A stretch of DNA of 64,000 nt from Burkholderiales bacterium (GTDB lineage: Bacteria > Pseudomonadota > Gammaproteobacteria > Burkholderiales > SG8-39). Under the pieces are notes generated by a model. That model saw nothing but the letters and a program-made list of their open reading frames with translations. It did not search any database and had not been told where the DNA came from. The translations under genes and the position numbers were made by a program. Of the stretch, positions 45,022 through 54,059 are shown one piece after another. How positions within the stretch are numbered: the first letter of the stretch is position 1; each line of letters opens with the position of its first letter. The stretch covers positions 3,687 to 67,686 of the forward strand of contig DASRFM010000055.1 of assembly GCA_035651575.1 (NCBI GenBank). The letters are read 5' to 3'.

Positions 45022-45040
45022 GAGGGCATTCTACCGTCGG

Positions 45041-46174
45041 TTAGCTTTTCACCTTGCGCCTCGCGAACCACGCCCCGGCGAGCAGCGAAATGCCGAGCGC
45101 CCAGAAGACCGGCCCCATGCCGAGCGCCGTGGAGAGCGCGCCCGAGGTGAGCGGAATGAGCGTCTGGCTCGCGTTGATCATGGTGGTGCGCACGCCGACC
45201 GCCTCGCTCTGCCGGCCGGGCGGCGCCGCCTCGTAGAGCAGCGCCATGATCACCGGCTGCGCGCAGCCGAGCCCGAGGCCGAGCACGAAGGAGAGCGCCA
45301 TCAGGAGCGGCGCGCCGGCGACGAACGGGAAGCCGAGGTAGCAGGCGCCGGCGAGCGTCATGGCGCCGGTGATGATCACCCACTGGCGCACGCGCCGGAT
45401 CAGCACCGACATGGCGAGGCGCACGACGAAGGTCGCGACCGCGAACGTCGCCATGATGATGCCGATGGTGGCGGCCTCGAGCTGCAGGCGCGCGCCGTAG
45501 ATCGGCATCAGGAACGCGTACAGGTCCCAGCCCATGGCGAGCACGCCGGAGACGAGGAACGTGCGGCGCAGCCCCTCGAGCCGGAAAAGGTCGAGGACGC
45601 GGTGCTCGCCGGCGCGCGGCGCGCGCTCGGGGCGGGGCAGCGGCGCCTTGCGCAAAAGCAGCGAGAAGAACGCCGCCGCCGGGAACACGGCGAGCAGGCC
45701 GAAGGCGGCCGGGTGCCCCAGGCCCTGGATCGCGAATCCGGCCACCAGCGGGCCGAGCGAGCCCGACATCGAGAAGCCGAGCGCGAGCCAGGCGAAGTTC
45801 ATCGCCCGCTTCTCCGGGCCGCCGTGCGCGCCGAAGACGCTGTTCATGCCGATGTGGATGAACATGAACGCGAGGCCCATGAGCACGCTCGCCGCGAACA
45901 GCGTCTCGAGGCGCGGGAAGGCGAAGGGCAGGAAGGCGCCGAGCGCCATGGCGGCGAAGGCGGCGAGCAGCGGCGCGCGCGGCCCGCTGCGGTCGATGAG
46001 CCGCCCGGTGCTCACCGAGAGCAGCATCGGCAGGGCGGCGAAGAGGCACATCAGCACGCCGACGGTGAAGGGCGAGGCGCCGACGCTCAGGGCGAAGAGC
46101 GACGTGGTCATCCGGGCGCCGACGAACGCCAGGTGGCCGAGCACGTTCAGCGCCACGAAATAGATTATTTCCAT
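45041..46174 (-). CDS. MFS transporter
   Basis: This is the C-terminal 377 aa of track ORF 45041..46657, from ATG 46174 (MEIIYFVALNVLGHLAFVGA...). About 12 hydrophobic segments and the loop motif GRLIDRSGPR. Confidence 0.8.
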   Translation of the reverse strand: MEIIYFVALNVLGHLAFVGARMTTSLFALSVGASPFTVGVLMCLFAALPMLLSVSTGRLIDRSGPRAPLLAAFAAMALGAFLPFAFPRLETLFAASVLMGLAFMFIHIGMNSVFGAHGGPEKRAMNFAWLALGFSMSGSLGPLVAGFAIQGLGHPAAFGLLAVFPAAAFFSLLLRKAPLPRPERAPRAGEHRVLDLFRLEGLRRTFLVSGVLAMGWDLYAFLMPIYGARLQLEAATIGIIMATFAVATFVVRLAMSVLIRRVRQWVIITGAMTLAGACYLGFPFVAGAPLLMALSFVLGLGLGCAQPVIMALLYEAAPPGRQSEAVGVRTTMINASQTLIPLTSGALSTALGMGPVFWALGISLLAGAWFARRKVKS

Positions 46175-47034
46175 GCCGCCAGCGCGACTCCGACGCACGT
46201 GACCGCCATCCCGGCGAACGCCAGCGGGCTCGGCACGACGCCGAAGATCGCCATCTCGAGGGCGACGGCGAACACCGGCGGAAGGTACATCATGCTGGTG
46301 ACGCGGGTCGCCTCGTTGTGGCGCATGAGGACATGGAGCGCGTTCACCGCGAGGAACGAGGCGAAGACGACGAGGAACGCGATTGCGGCGAGCATCGGCC
46401 AGGCCCAGTGCACGCGGAAGCCCTCGACCGCCACGGCGAGCGGCGCCAGCACGAGGAGCGAGGCGGCGAACTGGATCACCGCGCCGGCCTTCAGGTCGGC
46501 GCGCGCGGCGAAGCGGCGCTGGTAGAGCGTCGCCACGGTTACCCCCGCGAGCGCGATCAGCGTGCCGAGCAGGCTGCCGAGGCCGACTTCGCGGATGTCG
46601 ATCTTGTGCCAGACGACGAGCACGATGCCGGCGAGGCCGACGGCGATGCCGGTCCACTGCCTGGGTACGAGTTTTTCATGCAGGAACCTCGAGGCCACCA
46701 TCGCCGTGAGCAACGGCTGGCAGGAGATGATCAGCGCCGAGACGCCGGCCGACATGCCGAGGTACTGCGCATAGTGGCTGCCGCCGAGCTGCACCGCGTG
46801 CATGAGAAGCCCGGCGACCACCAGATGCCCGAGCTCGGCGCGGCTCCCGGGCCAGCGGATGCTCGAGAACAGCACCACCGGCAGCAGGCAGAGGAGGCCG
46901 AAGGAGAAGCGCAGCGAGAGGAAAGTGAAGGGCGGCGCGTACTGCAGGCCGATCTTCGTCGCGACGTATCCGGCTCCCCACACGGCGACGAAGTACCACG
47001 CGAGGGCGGCGTCGAGCGCCGGAGTGCGCTTCAT
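46165..47034 (-). CDS. EamA/DMT-family transporter
   Basis: 289-aa ORF with ten hydrophobic segments arranged as two EamA-like halves. Confidence 0.8.
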   Translation of the reverse strand: MKRTPALDAALAWYFVAVWGAGYVATKIGLQYAPPFTFLSLRFSFGLLCLLPVVLFSSIRWPGSRAELGHLVVAGLLMHAVQLGGSHYAQYLGMSAGVSALIISCQPLLTAMVASRFLHEKLVPRQWTGIAVGLAGIVLVVWHKIDIREVGLGSLLGTLIALAGVTVATLYQRRFAARADLKAGAVIQFAASLLVLAPLAVAVEGFRVHWAWPMLAAIAFLVVFASFLAVNALHVLMRHNEATRVTSMMYLPPVFAVALEMAIFGVVPSPLAFAGMAVTCVGVALAAWK

Positions 47035-47089
47035 TGTCAGGCGGCGATTCTACGGCGTATGCTCCGCGCCTCAGCGAAACGGGGGGATC

Positions 47090-47806
47090 ATGGGAGTCCT
47101 GGCATTTCTGTACGGCGTGCTGTGCTACGTCGCATTCGTCGCGACCTTTGCGTACGCGGCCGGTTTCGTCGGCAACCTCGTGGTCCCGAAGGCCATCGAT
47201 ACGGCGCCCGCCGGCTCGCTGCCGCAGGCGCTGATCGTCGACCTCGTGCTGCTCGGGCTCTTCGCCGTGCAGCACAGCGTCATGGCGCGGCAAGGCTTCA
47301 AGCAATGGTGGACACGCATCGTGCCGAAGACCGTCGAGCGCAGCACCTACGTGCTGCTCTCGAGCCTGCTGCTCGCGCTTCTCTTCTGGCAATGGCAGCC
47401 GATCGACGACGTGCTGTGGTCTGCGCAGGGCGTGGCGCGCGCGATGCTCTACGCATTCTTCGGCCTGGGCTGGGCCATCGCGCTCTCCTCGACGTTCATG
47501 ACCAGCCACTTCGACCTCTTCGGGCTGCGCCAGGTGTACCTGCGCCTGAAGAACGAGCCCTACCGGCCGCTGCCCTTCGTGAAGGTCGCGCTCTACCGCT
47601 TCATCCGCCATCCGCTGATGCTCGGGCTGCTGATCGCGTTCTGGGCGGCGCCCGACATGACGTTCGGCCACCTGCTCTTCGCCGCGGCGACGACCGGCTA
47701 CATCTTCATCGGCATCTGGCTGGAGGAGCGCGACCTTCGCCGCTCCCACGGCGAGGAGTACGAGCGCTACGCGCGCGAGGCGGGGATGATCCTGCCGCGG
47801 GTGTGA
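47090..47806 (+). CDS. Membrane methyltransferase of the isoprenylcysteine carboxyl/phospholipid methyltransferase family, MddA (methanethiol S-methyltransferase)-like
   Basis: Internal ATG at 47090 of track ORF 46802..47806. The 238-aa product MGVLAFLYGVLCYVAFVATFAYAAGFVGNLVVPKAID...LFAVQHSVMARQGFKQWW...YRFIRHPLMLGLLIAFW... has several TM helices and the C-terminal R-H-P-(L/M) methyltransferase block. Confidence 0.7.
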   Translation: MGVLAFLYGVLCYVAFVATFAYAAGFVGNLVVPKAIDTAPAGSLPQALIVDLVLLGLFAVQHSVMARQGFKQWWTRIVPKTVERSTYVLLSSLLLALLFWQWQPIDDVLWSAQGVARAMLYAFFGLGWAIALSSTFMTSHFDLFGLRQVYLRLKNEPYRPLPFVKVALYRFIRHPLMLGLLIAFWAAPDMTFGHLLFAAATTGYIFIGIWLEERDLRRSHGEEYERYAREAGMILPRV

Positions 47807-48676
47807 CTAGCGGGGCGCCTGGAGCGCGGCGATCCGCGCCTCGATGGGCGGGTGGGTGGCGAAGAGCCGGAACAGGCCGCTCTGGCTGTTGATGCCGAAC
47901 GCCTTCACCGAGTCGGGCAGGCCGCCCGACTCGACGCTCGCGAGGCGCTTGAGCGCCGCGATCATCGGCTGCGGCGTGCCGAGCAGGCGCGCCGAGCCGG
48001 CATCGGCGCGGAACTCGCGGTAGCGCGAGAACCAGGCGACGATGAGCGAGGCGAGGATGCCGAACACGATCTGGCAGACGATCACCGTGACGTAGAAGCC
48101 GGGGCCGATGCCGCGCTCGGTGCGGAACACGGCCTTGTCGACGATGTAGCCCACCACGCGGGAGAGGAAGACGACGAAGGTGTTCACCACGCCTTGGATC
48201 AGCGTGAGCGTTACCATGTCGCCGTTCGCCACGTGCGACATCTCGTGGCCCAGCACCGCCTCGATCTCGTTGCGGTCCATGGACTGGAGCAATCCGCTCG
48301 ATACGGCGACGAGCGCGCCGTTCTTGAAGGCGCCGGTGGCGAAGGCGTTGGGCGCCCCCTCGTAGACGCAGACCTCCGGCATGCCGATGCCGGCGGTCTG
48401 CGCGAGCTTCTGCACCGTCTGCACGAGCCAGTACTGCTCGCTGCCTTCGGAGCCGTCGATGGTCTGCGCGCCCGTGGACCACTTGGCCATGGTCTTCGAC
48501 ATCAGCAGCGACAGGATCGAGCCGCCGAAGCCGAAGATGAGCGAGAAGACGAGCAGCGACCCGTAGTCGATGCCGTTCGCCATCAGCCAGCGGTCGACGC
48601 CGAGCACGCTCACGACGATGGAGAGCAGCACCATCACCGCGAGGTTCGTGGCGAGGAAGAGCAGGACCCTTTTCAT
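47807..48676 (-). CDS. htpX: Membrane zinc metalloprotease HtpX
   Basis: 289-aa ORF. HEMSH zinc motif ([13 protein letters not shown]), N-terminal TM helices, and C-terminal [11 protein letters not shown]. Confidence 0.95.
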   Translation of the reverse strand: MKRVLLFLATNLAVMVLLSIVVSVLGVDRWLMANGIDYGSLLVFSLIFGFGGSILSLLMSKTMAKWSTGAQTIDGSEGSEQYWLVQTVQKLAQTAGIGMPEVCVYEGAPNAFATGAFKNGALVAVSSGLLQSMDRNEIEAVLGHEMSHVANGDMVTLTLIQGVVNTFVVFLSRVVGYIVDKAVFRTERGIGPGFYVTVIVCQIVFGILASLIVAWFSRYREFRADAGSARLLGTPQPMIAALKRLASVESGGLPDSVKAFGINSQSGLFRLFATHPPIEARIAALQAPR

Positions 48677-48701
48677 CGGTTTTTTCTCCTTATGTCCCCG
48701 G

Positions 48702-50318
48702 TTAGATGGCGCCCGGGGCGTGAAGTTTCAAGAGCGCGCGGGCGCCTTTCTCGGCCACGACGTAGGTCGGCGCGTTCGTGTTGCCGGAGGTGATGCGGGG
48801 AAACACCGAGGCGTCGATCACGCGCAGCCGGCCGAGGCCGTGGACCCTGAGCTCGTCGTCCACCACCGCCATGGGGTCGGGGCCCATCCTGCAGGTGCCG
48901 ACCGGATGGAAGATCGTGGTGCCGAGCTCTGCCGCGCTTCTCTGGAGATCCTCTTCGGACTGGAGAGCGCTGCCGGGCCGGTATTCCTCCGGCTGGTACT
49001 TGGCCAGCGCTTTCGCCGCCATGATCCTGCGCGTGAAGCGCACCGACTCGGCCGCGACGCGGCGGTCCTCCTCGGTGGAGAGGTAGTTCAGCTTGATCTC
49101 CGGATGGTCGGCCGGGCGCGGCGAGCGGATGCGCACCCAGCCGCGCGAGCTCGGGCGCAGGTTGCACACGCTCGGCGTGATCGCCGGGAAGCTGTGCAGC
49201 GGATCGCCGAACTTGTCGAGCGAGAGCGGCTGCACGTGCCACTCGATGTTCGCGCTCGGCTGCGCCGCGTCGCTCTTCGCGAAGGCGCCGAACTGCGAGG
49301 GCGGCATGGTGAGCGGGCCGGTGCGAAAGAGGAAATACTCGAGCGCCATGCCCGCCTTGCCCCACAAGCTGTTCGCGACGCCGTTCAGCGTCTTCACGTT
49401 CCTCACCTTGTACTGCAGGCGGATCTGCAGGTGGTCGTGCAGGTTCTCGCCCACCCCGGGCAGCTCGTGCACGGCCGGGATCTGGTGCTTCCTCAGGAGA
49501 TCGAGCGGGCCGACGCCCGAGAGCTGCAGCAGCTGCGGCGAGCCGATCGCCCCCGCGGCGAGAATGGTTTCCTTCTTCGCCTTTACGGTAAACGCCGTCC
49601 CGCGCTGCACGAACTGAAGGCCGACGCAGTCTCTCCCGTCGAAGGATAGCTTCGACGCATGCGCATCGGTGAGCACGGTCAGATTCCTGCGGTGCATCAC
49701 GGGCCGCAGGAAAGCGTTGGTCGCGCTCCAGCGCCGGCCGCGCTTCTGGTTCACCTGGAAGTAGGCGCAGCCGAAGTTGTCGCCGCCGTTGAAGTGGCCG
49801 ATCGCCGGGATGCCGCACTCGGCGGCCGCCTGCTGCCAGGCGTCGATCACCTCCCAGCGCACGCGCGGGTTCTCGATCCGGACTTCGCCTCCCGCGCCGT
49901 AGCCCTCGGCGGCGCCGCGCTCGTAGTCCTCGAGCGAGCGGAAGACCGGCAGCACGTCTTCCCAGGACCAGCCGCGGTTGCCGAGCGAGGCCCAGTGGTC
50001 CCAGTCGCTCTTCTGGCCGCGCATGTAGATCATCGCGTTGATCGAGGAGCAGCCGCCGAGGACCCGGCCGCGCGCGTAGTGGATCGAGCGCCCGGCGAGG
50101 TGCTCGTCGGGCGCGGTCCGGTAGCACCAGTCGGTGCGCGGGTTGGCGATGGTGTAGAGGTAGCCGACGGGGATCGGGATCCAGAAATAGTCGTCCTTGC
50201 CGCCTGCTTCCAGCAGCAGCACGCGCGTGTCCGGATCGCGGGACAGGCGGTTCGCGAGCAGGCAGCCCGCGCTTCCCGCGCCGACGACGATGAAATCGTA
50301 GCTGCCGAAGTTCTGCAC
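48702..50318 (-). CDS. GMC-family FAD oxidoreductase (choline/alcohol dehydrogenase-like)
   Basis: The track ORF extends to 50390. The likelier start is GTG 50318, preceded by AGGAA ([26 protein letters not shown]...). GMC signatures are present, including the C-terminal HPVGTCRMG and NTNAPT. Confidence 0.9.
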   Translation of the reverse strand: MQNFGSYDFIVVGAGSAGCLLANRLSRDPDTRVLLLEAGGKDDYFWIPIPVGYLYTIANPRTDWCYRTAPDEHLAGRSIHYARGRVLGGCSSINAMIYMRGQKSDWDHWASLGNRGWSWEDVLPVFRSLEDYERGAAEGYGAGGEVRIENPRVRWEVIDAWQQAAAECGIPAIGHFNGGDNFGCAYFQVNQKRGRRWSATNAFLRPVMHRRNLTVLTDAHASKLSFDGRDCVGLQFVQRGTAFTVKAKKETILAAGAIGSPQLLQLSGVGPLDLLRKHQIPAVHELPGVGENLHDHLQIRLQYKVRNVKTLNGVANSLWGKAGMALEYFLFRTGPLTMPPSQFGAFAKSDAAQPSANIEWHVQPLSLDKFGDPLHSFPAITPSVCNLRPSSRGWVRIRSPRPADHPEIKLNYLSTEEDRRVAAESVRFTRRIMAAKALAKYQPEEYRPGSALQSEEDLQRSAAELGTTIFHPVGTCRMGPDPMAVVDDELRVHGLGRLRVIDASVFPRITSGNTNAPTYVVAEKGARALLKLHAPGAI

Positions 50319-50414
50319 CGAGTTCCTGCGCCCCTTCCCCTTACGGCATTGTAAGTTACGAATCGATACAGATTGCGCAGGTCGCCGCAACGCGCGCGGC
50401 GTAGAGTAGGCCGC

Positions 50415-50999
50415 ATGAGAAAAACCTTCCTTGCCGCTTTACTCCTGGTCCCGGCGCTCGCGCAGGCGCAGCCGCATCGCGAGCGCGAGCACGAGCGCTT
50501 CCACACTCCGCACTGGGTGTTCGATACGCGCTTCCACCACAACCACTACTACCCGGAAGTGGGCTACGCGCTCACCGTGCTGCCTGCCGGGAACGTCGCG
50601 ATCACGTTCCGCGGCGGCCGCTACTTCTTCCATTCAGGCGTCTGGTATCAGCCCACGCCGGCCGGTTACGTCGTCGTACGCGCGCCGGTAGGCGCCGTTG
50701 TGCCCGTGCTGCCGCCCGGATACACGACGGTGGTGATGGGCGGCGTTCCCTATTACTACGCGAACGACGTCTACTATGTGCAGCAGCCCGCGGGCGGCTA
50801 CGTCGTCGCGCAGGCTCCGGCAGAGGCGCCCGCGCCGCAGGCGCCGCCGCCGCCCGGGCCGATGGCGCCGCAGGCCGCGCCCGCGCCGCAGGCGGGCGCC
50901 GGCAGCTGGTACTACTGCCAGTCGTCCAAGTCGTACTACCCGTATGTCTCCGAGTGCAAGGAAGGCTGGAAGCAGGTCCCGGCCACGCCGCCTCGCTGA
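50415..50999 (+). CDS. Secreted Tyr/Pro-rich protein with a C-terminal two-Cys motif (function unknown)
   Basis: The ATG at 50415 (MRKTFLAALLLVPALAQAQ) gives a signal peptide. A His/Tyr-rich core and a Pro/Ala-rich linker follow, then WYYCQSSKSYYPYVSECKEGWKQVPATPP. Confidence 0.7.
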   Translation: MRKTFLAALLLVPALAQAQPHREREHERFHTPHWVFDTRFHHNHYYPEVGYALTVLPAGNVAITFRGGRYFFHSGVWYQPTPAGYVVVRAPVGAVVPVLPPGYTTVVMGGVPYYYANDVYYVQQPAGGYVVAQAPAEAPAPQAPPPPGPMAPQAAPAPQAGAGSWYYCQSSKSYYPYVSECKEGWKQVPATPPR

Positions 51000-51000
51000 C

Positions 51001-51537
51001 GTGCAGCGCTCCGCGCGCCTGGGCCTGATCGCGTTCGCGGCGCTCTTCGCCGCGAACGAAGCCTGCGCGCAGTTCGGCGGCGGCATGGGCGGGGGCGGGT
51101 TTCCCGGCGGCGGCCGGCGCGGCGGCACGCGCAGCGACAAGTCGCAGCAGCGCCAGGAGCAGGCCGAGCCGCGGCGCGACGTCCTCCAGACCACGCTCGA
51201 GGAGCTGCGCATCGACCTGAAGCTCGACAACGCGCAGCAGGCGGCCTGGAACTCTTACGCAGACAAGCTCGCCGCGCTGATGGCCGACGTGGCGCGCGAG
51301 CGGGCGCGCAACCAGCCCGGCGTCGCGAGCGCCGCGCCTCAGGCCGCGCCGCAGCAGCTCGACCAGCTCGTCTTCTCGGCGCAGAACCGCGCCACCGCCA
51401 TCGAGGAGGTCGCCACCGCGGCGAAGGCGCTCTATGCGCTGCTGACCCCCGAGCAGAAGAGCGTGGCGGACGGCCGGCTCGGCAACGTGACGCGGCTCGC
51501 CCTCTCTCCGCAATCGCCGCAATCCCCGCAGCGCTAG
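51001..51537 (+). CDS. Periplasmic Spy/CpxP-family (LTXXQ-motif) protein with a Gly-rich N-terminus
   Basis: The GTG at 51001 lies 1 nt after the upstream TGA. The signal-like N-terminus ARLGLIAFAALFAANEACAQ is followed by GGGMGGGGFPGGG. LTXXQ motif LLTPEQK. Helical and Gln/Ala-rich. Confidence 0.6.
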   Translation: MQRSARLGLIAFAALFAANEACAQFGGGMGGGGFPGGGRRGGTRSDKSQQRQEQAEPRRDVLQTTLEELRIDLKLDNAQQAAWNSYADKLAALMADVARERARNQPGVASAAPQAAPQQLDQLVFSAQNRATAIEEVATAAKALYALLTPEQKSVADGRLGNVTRLALSPQSPQSPQR

Positions 51538-53207
51538 GCGGCGTCGATGCCTCGGCGGGCGAGCACGTGGCGGGTCATCGTGGAGGCGAGCTCCTTCTCG
51601 CCGTAGAACACGGTGAGGCCCGCATCGCGGGCGAGCAGCGCCGCTTCCTCCTCGTCGTGCGTGCGCACCACGATCTCGATTCCGGGATTGAGCGTGCGCG
51701 CGATCTCCGCCATGCGGCGCACCGAAACGGTGTCGGGCGTCGCGATGATGAGCATCCCGGCCTTTGCGATGTGCGCCTGGATCAGCACCGAGGGCTGCGA
51801 CGCGTCGCCGGAGACGGCGGGGATGTTGCGCCCGCGCAGCTCCTCGACGCGCTCGCGGTTCTCCTCCGCGACGACGTACGGCACCTCGTGCCGGTCGAGC
51901 GCTTCGGCGATGCGCCGCCCGACCCGGCCGTAGCCCACCAGGACGACCTGCCCCGACAGGTAGCGCTCGGCGGTGCTCATCGGCAGGGCGGCGAGCGGGT
52001 CGTCGCTCGTCTCCAGGCGGCGCGCCAGCGCCGAGCGCCCCGTGAGCCAGGCGTGCGCCGGCCGCAGCGCCGAGAAGAGCAGGGGATTGAGCGCGATGCT
52101 GAGGATGGCCGCGGCGATGACGAGGCTCTGGCCTTCGGCCGGCAGCAGCCCGAGCGAGGTGCCGAGCGCGGCGAGGATGAAGGAGAACTCGCCGATCTGC
52201 GCGAGGCTCGCGCCGATCATGAGGGCGCTGTTCAGCGGGTAGCGGAAAGAGAGTACCAGCGCCATGGCGACGAGCGGGGTGCCGACGACCACGATGGCGG
52301 CGGTGGCGAGCAGCTTGCCCGGGTCCTGCAGCAGGATGCGCGGGTCGAAGAGCATGCCCACCGAGACGAAGAAGAGCACCGCGAACGCGTCGCGCAGCGG
52401 CAGCGACTGCTCCGCGGCGCGGTGGCTGAGCTCCGACTCGCGCATCATCATCCCGGCGAAGAAGGCGCCCAGGGCGAACGAGACCTCGAAGAGCGCCGCG
52501 GCGACGTACGCGACGCCCACCGCGGCGGCGACCACGCACAGCGTGAAGAGCTCGCGCGAGCCGGTGCGCGCCATGAACCACAGCAGGCGCGGCAGCAGCC
52601 GCCGCCCGGCGACGAGCATCAGCACGAAGAAGGCCGCGACCTTGCCGATCGTGAGCGCGAGCGCCAGCGCGACGCCTTCCGAATGCATGTGGGCGAACGG
52701 CGGCAGGAGCACGAGCACCAGCACCATGGCGAGGTCCTGCACCACGAGCCAGCCCACCGCGATGTGGCCGTTGCCCGAATTGAGCGCGCCGCGCGACTCG
52801 AGCATGCGCAGCAGCACCACCGTGCTCGCGACCGAAAGCGCGAGGCCGAGCACGAGCGCCGCCCCGGGGCTCCAGCCCCAGAGGAGCGCCGTCCCGGCGC
52901 CGAGGGCCGTGGCCGCCGCCATCTGAATGAGCGCGCCGGGAACCGCTATCCTGCGCACTTGCAGCAGGTCGCCGAGCGAGAAATGCAGCCCCACGCCGAA
53001 CATGAGCAGCATCACGCCCACGTCCGCGAGCTCGCGCGCGAGCGCGACGTCGGCCACGAAGCCGGGCGTGAACGGCCCGATCACGATGCCGGCGAGCAGG
53101 TAGCCGATCATCGGCGGCATGCGCAGCCGCGCCGCCGCGTAGCCGAACACCATGGCGAGGCCGAAGCTCACCGCGATCGTGCTCACCAGGTTCAGGCCGT
53201 GGCCCAT
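51534..53207 (-). CDS. ybaL: CPA2-family monovalent cation:proton antiporter with a C-terminal RCK/TrkA-N domain (YbaL-like)
   Basis: It aligns by eye along its full length with E. coli YbaL (GYLLAGIVIGPFTPGFVAD, LLMFGVGLHFS, ESELSHRAAEQSLPLRDAFAVLFFVSVGMLFDP, VLVGYGRVG). ATG 53207 is preferred over TTG 53216. Confidence 0.9.
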   Translation of the reverse strand: MGHGLNLVSTIAVSFGLAMVFGYAAARLRMPPMIGYLLAGIVIGPFTPGFVADVALARELADVGVMLLMFGVGLHFSLGDLLQVRRIAVPGALIQMAAATALGAGTALLWGWSPGAALVLGLALSVASTVVLLRMLESRGALNSGNGHIAVGWLVVQDLAMVLVLVLLPPFAHMHSEGVALALALTIGKVAAFFVLMLVAGRRLLPRLLWFMARTGSRELFTLCVVAAAVGVAYVAAALFEVSFALGAFFAGMMMRESELSHRAAEQSLPLRDAFAVLFFVSVGMLFDPRILLQDPGKLLATAAIVVVGTPLVAMALVLSFRYPLNSALMIGASLAQIGEFSFILAALGTSLGLLPAEGQSLVIAAAILSIALNPLLFSALRPAHAWLTGRSALARRLETSDDPLAALPMSTAERYLSGQVVLVGYGRVGRRIAEALDRHEVPYVVAEENRERVEELRGRNIPAVSGDASQPSVLIQAHIAKAGMLIIATPDTVSVRRMAEIARTLNPGIEIVVRTHDEEEAALLARDAGLTVFYGEKELASTMTRHVLARRGIDAA

Positions 53208-53236
53208 CGACGGCAACGTTACCAGAGGAGCGCGCG

Positions 53237-54058
53237 ATGCTCCGGATAGGCGTTGACCTGGGCGGCACGAAGATCGAGGCGCTCGCCATCGACGAGTCGG
53301 GCCGTGAGCTCGCGCGCAAGCGCATTGCCGCGCCGCGCGGCGACTACGGAGCCACCGTTTCGGCGGTTTCTTCGCTCGTCTTAGATCTGGAAAAGCAGAT
53401 CAAGGCGACGGCGCGCGTAGGCATCGGCATTCCCGGCACGCTCTCGCGGGTGACCGGGCTGGTGAAGAACTCGAATTCCACCTGGCTCATCGGGCGGCCG
53501 CTGAAGGAGGACCTCGAGAAGGCGTTCGGGCGCGAGCTGCGGCTTTCCAACGACGCGAACTGCTTCGCGCTCTCCGAGGCGGCGGACGGTGCCGGGAAGG
53601 GCGCGCGCATCGTGTTCGGCGCGATCCTCGGCACCGGAGTCGGCAGCGGCATCGTCGTGGACGGGCGCGTGGTGGACGGGCCGAACGGCATCGCGGGCGA
53701 GTGGGGCCACAACCCCCTTCCATTGCCGCAGGAGGAGGACCTGCCTCTGCGGCAGTGCTATTGCGGCCGGCGCGGCTGCATCGAGATGTATCTCTGCGGC
53801 CCGGCGAGGGAGCGCGACGCGAACCAGGCGCTCTACGAGCAGCGCCTCGCGCGCTCGCTCGCCACGGTGATCAACGTGCTCGACCCGGACGTCGTCGTGC
53901 TGGGCGGCGGCGTATCGAACGTGGAGCGCCTCTACACGGAAGTGCCGAAGCTCTGGGGCCCGTACATTTTCTCGGACCACGTGGCGACGAGGCTCGTGCG
54001 CAATGCGCACGGCGACTCGAGCGGCGTGCGCGGCGCGGCCTGGCTCTGGCCGGCCTGA
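53237..54058 (+). CDS. ROK-family sugar kinase (fructokinase Mak / N-acetylglucosamine kinase-like), shorter than typical
   Basis: 273-aa ORF. MLRIGVDLGGTKIE, DANCFALSEA, GEWGHNP, zinc motif CYCGRRGCIE, and C-terminal HGDSSGVRGAAWLW. Confidence 0.85.
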   Translation: MLRIGVDLGGTKIEALAIDESGRELARKRIAAPRGDYGATVSAVSSLVLDLEKQIKATARVGIGIPGTLSRVTGLVKNSNSTWLIGRPLKEDLEKAFGRELRLSNDANCFALSEAADGAGKGARIVFGAILGTGVGSGIVVDGRVVDGPNGIAGEWGHNPLPLPQEEDLPLRQCYCGRRGCIEMYLCGPARERDANQALYEQRLARSLATVINVLDPDVVVLGGGVSNVERLYTEVPKLWGPYIFSDHVATRLVRNAHGDSSGVRGAAWLWPA

Positions 54059-54059
54059 G

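Noticed and set aside
50602-53325. 907-aa minus-strand ORF overlapping the ybaL region in another frame
   Set aside because: The 51534..53207 frame aligns along its whole length with E. coli YbaL, whereas this frame is Arg/Ala/Pro-rich noise.
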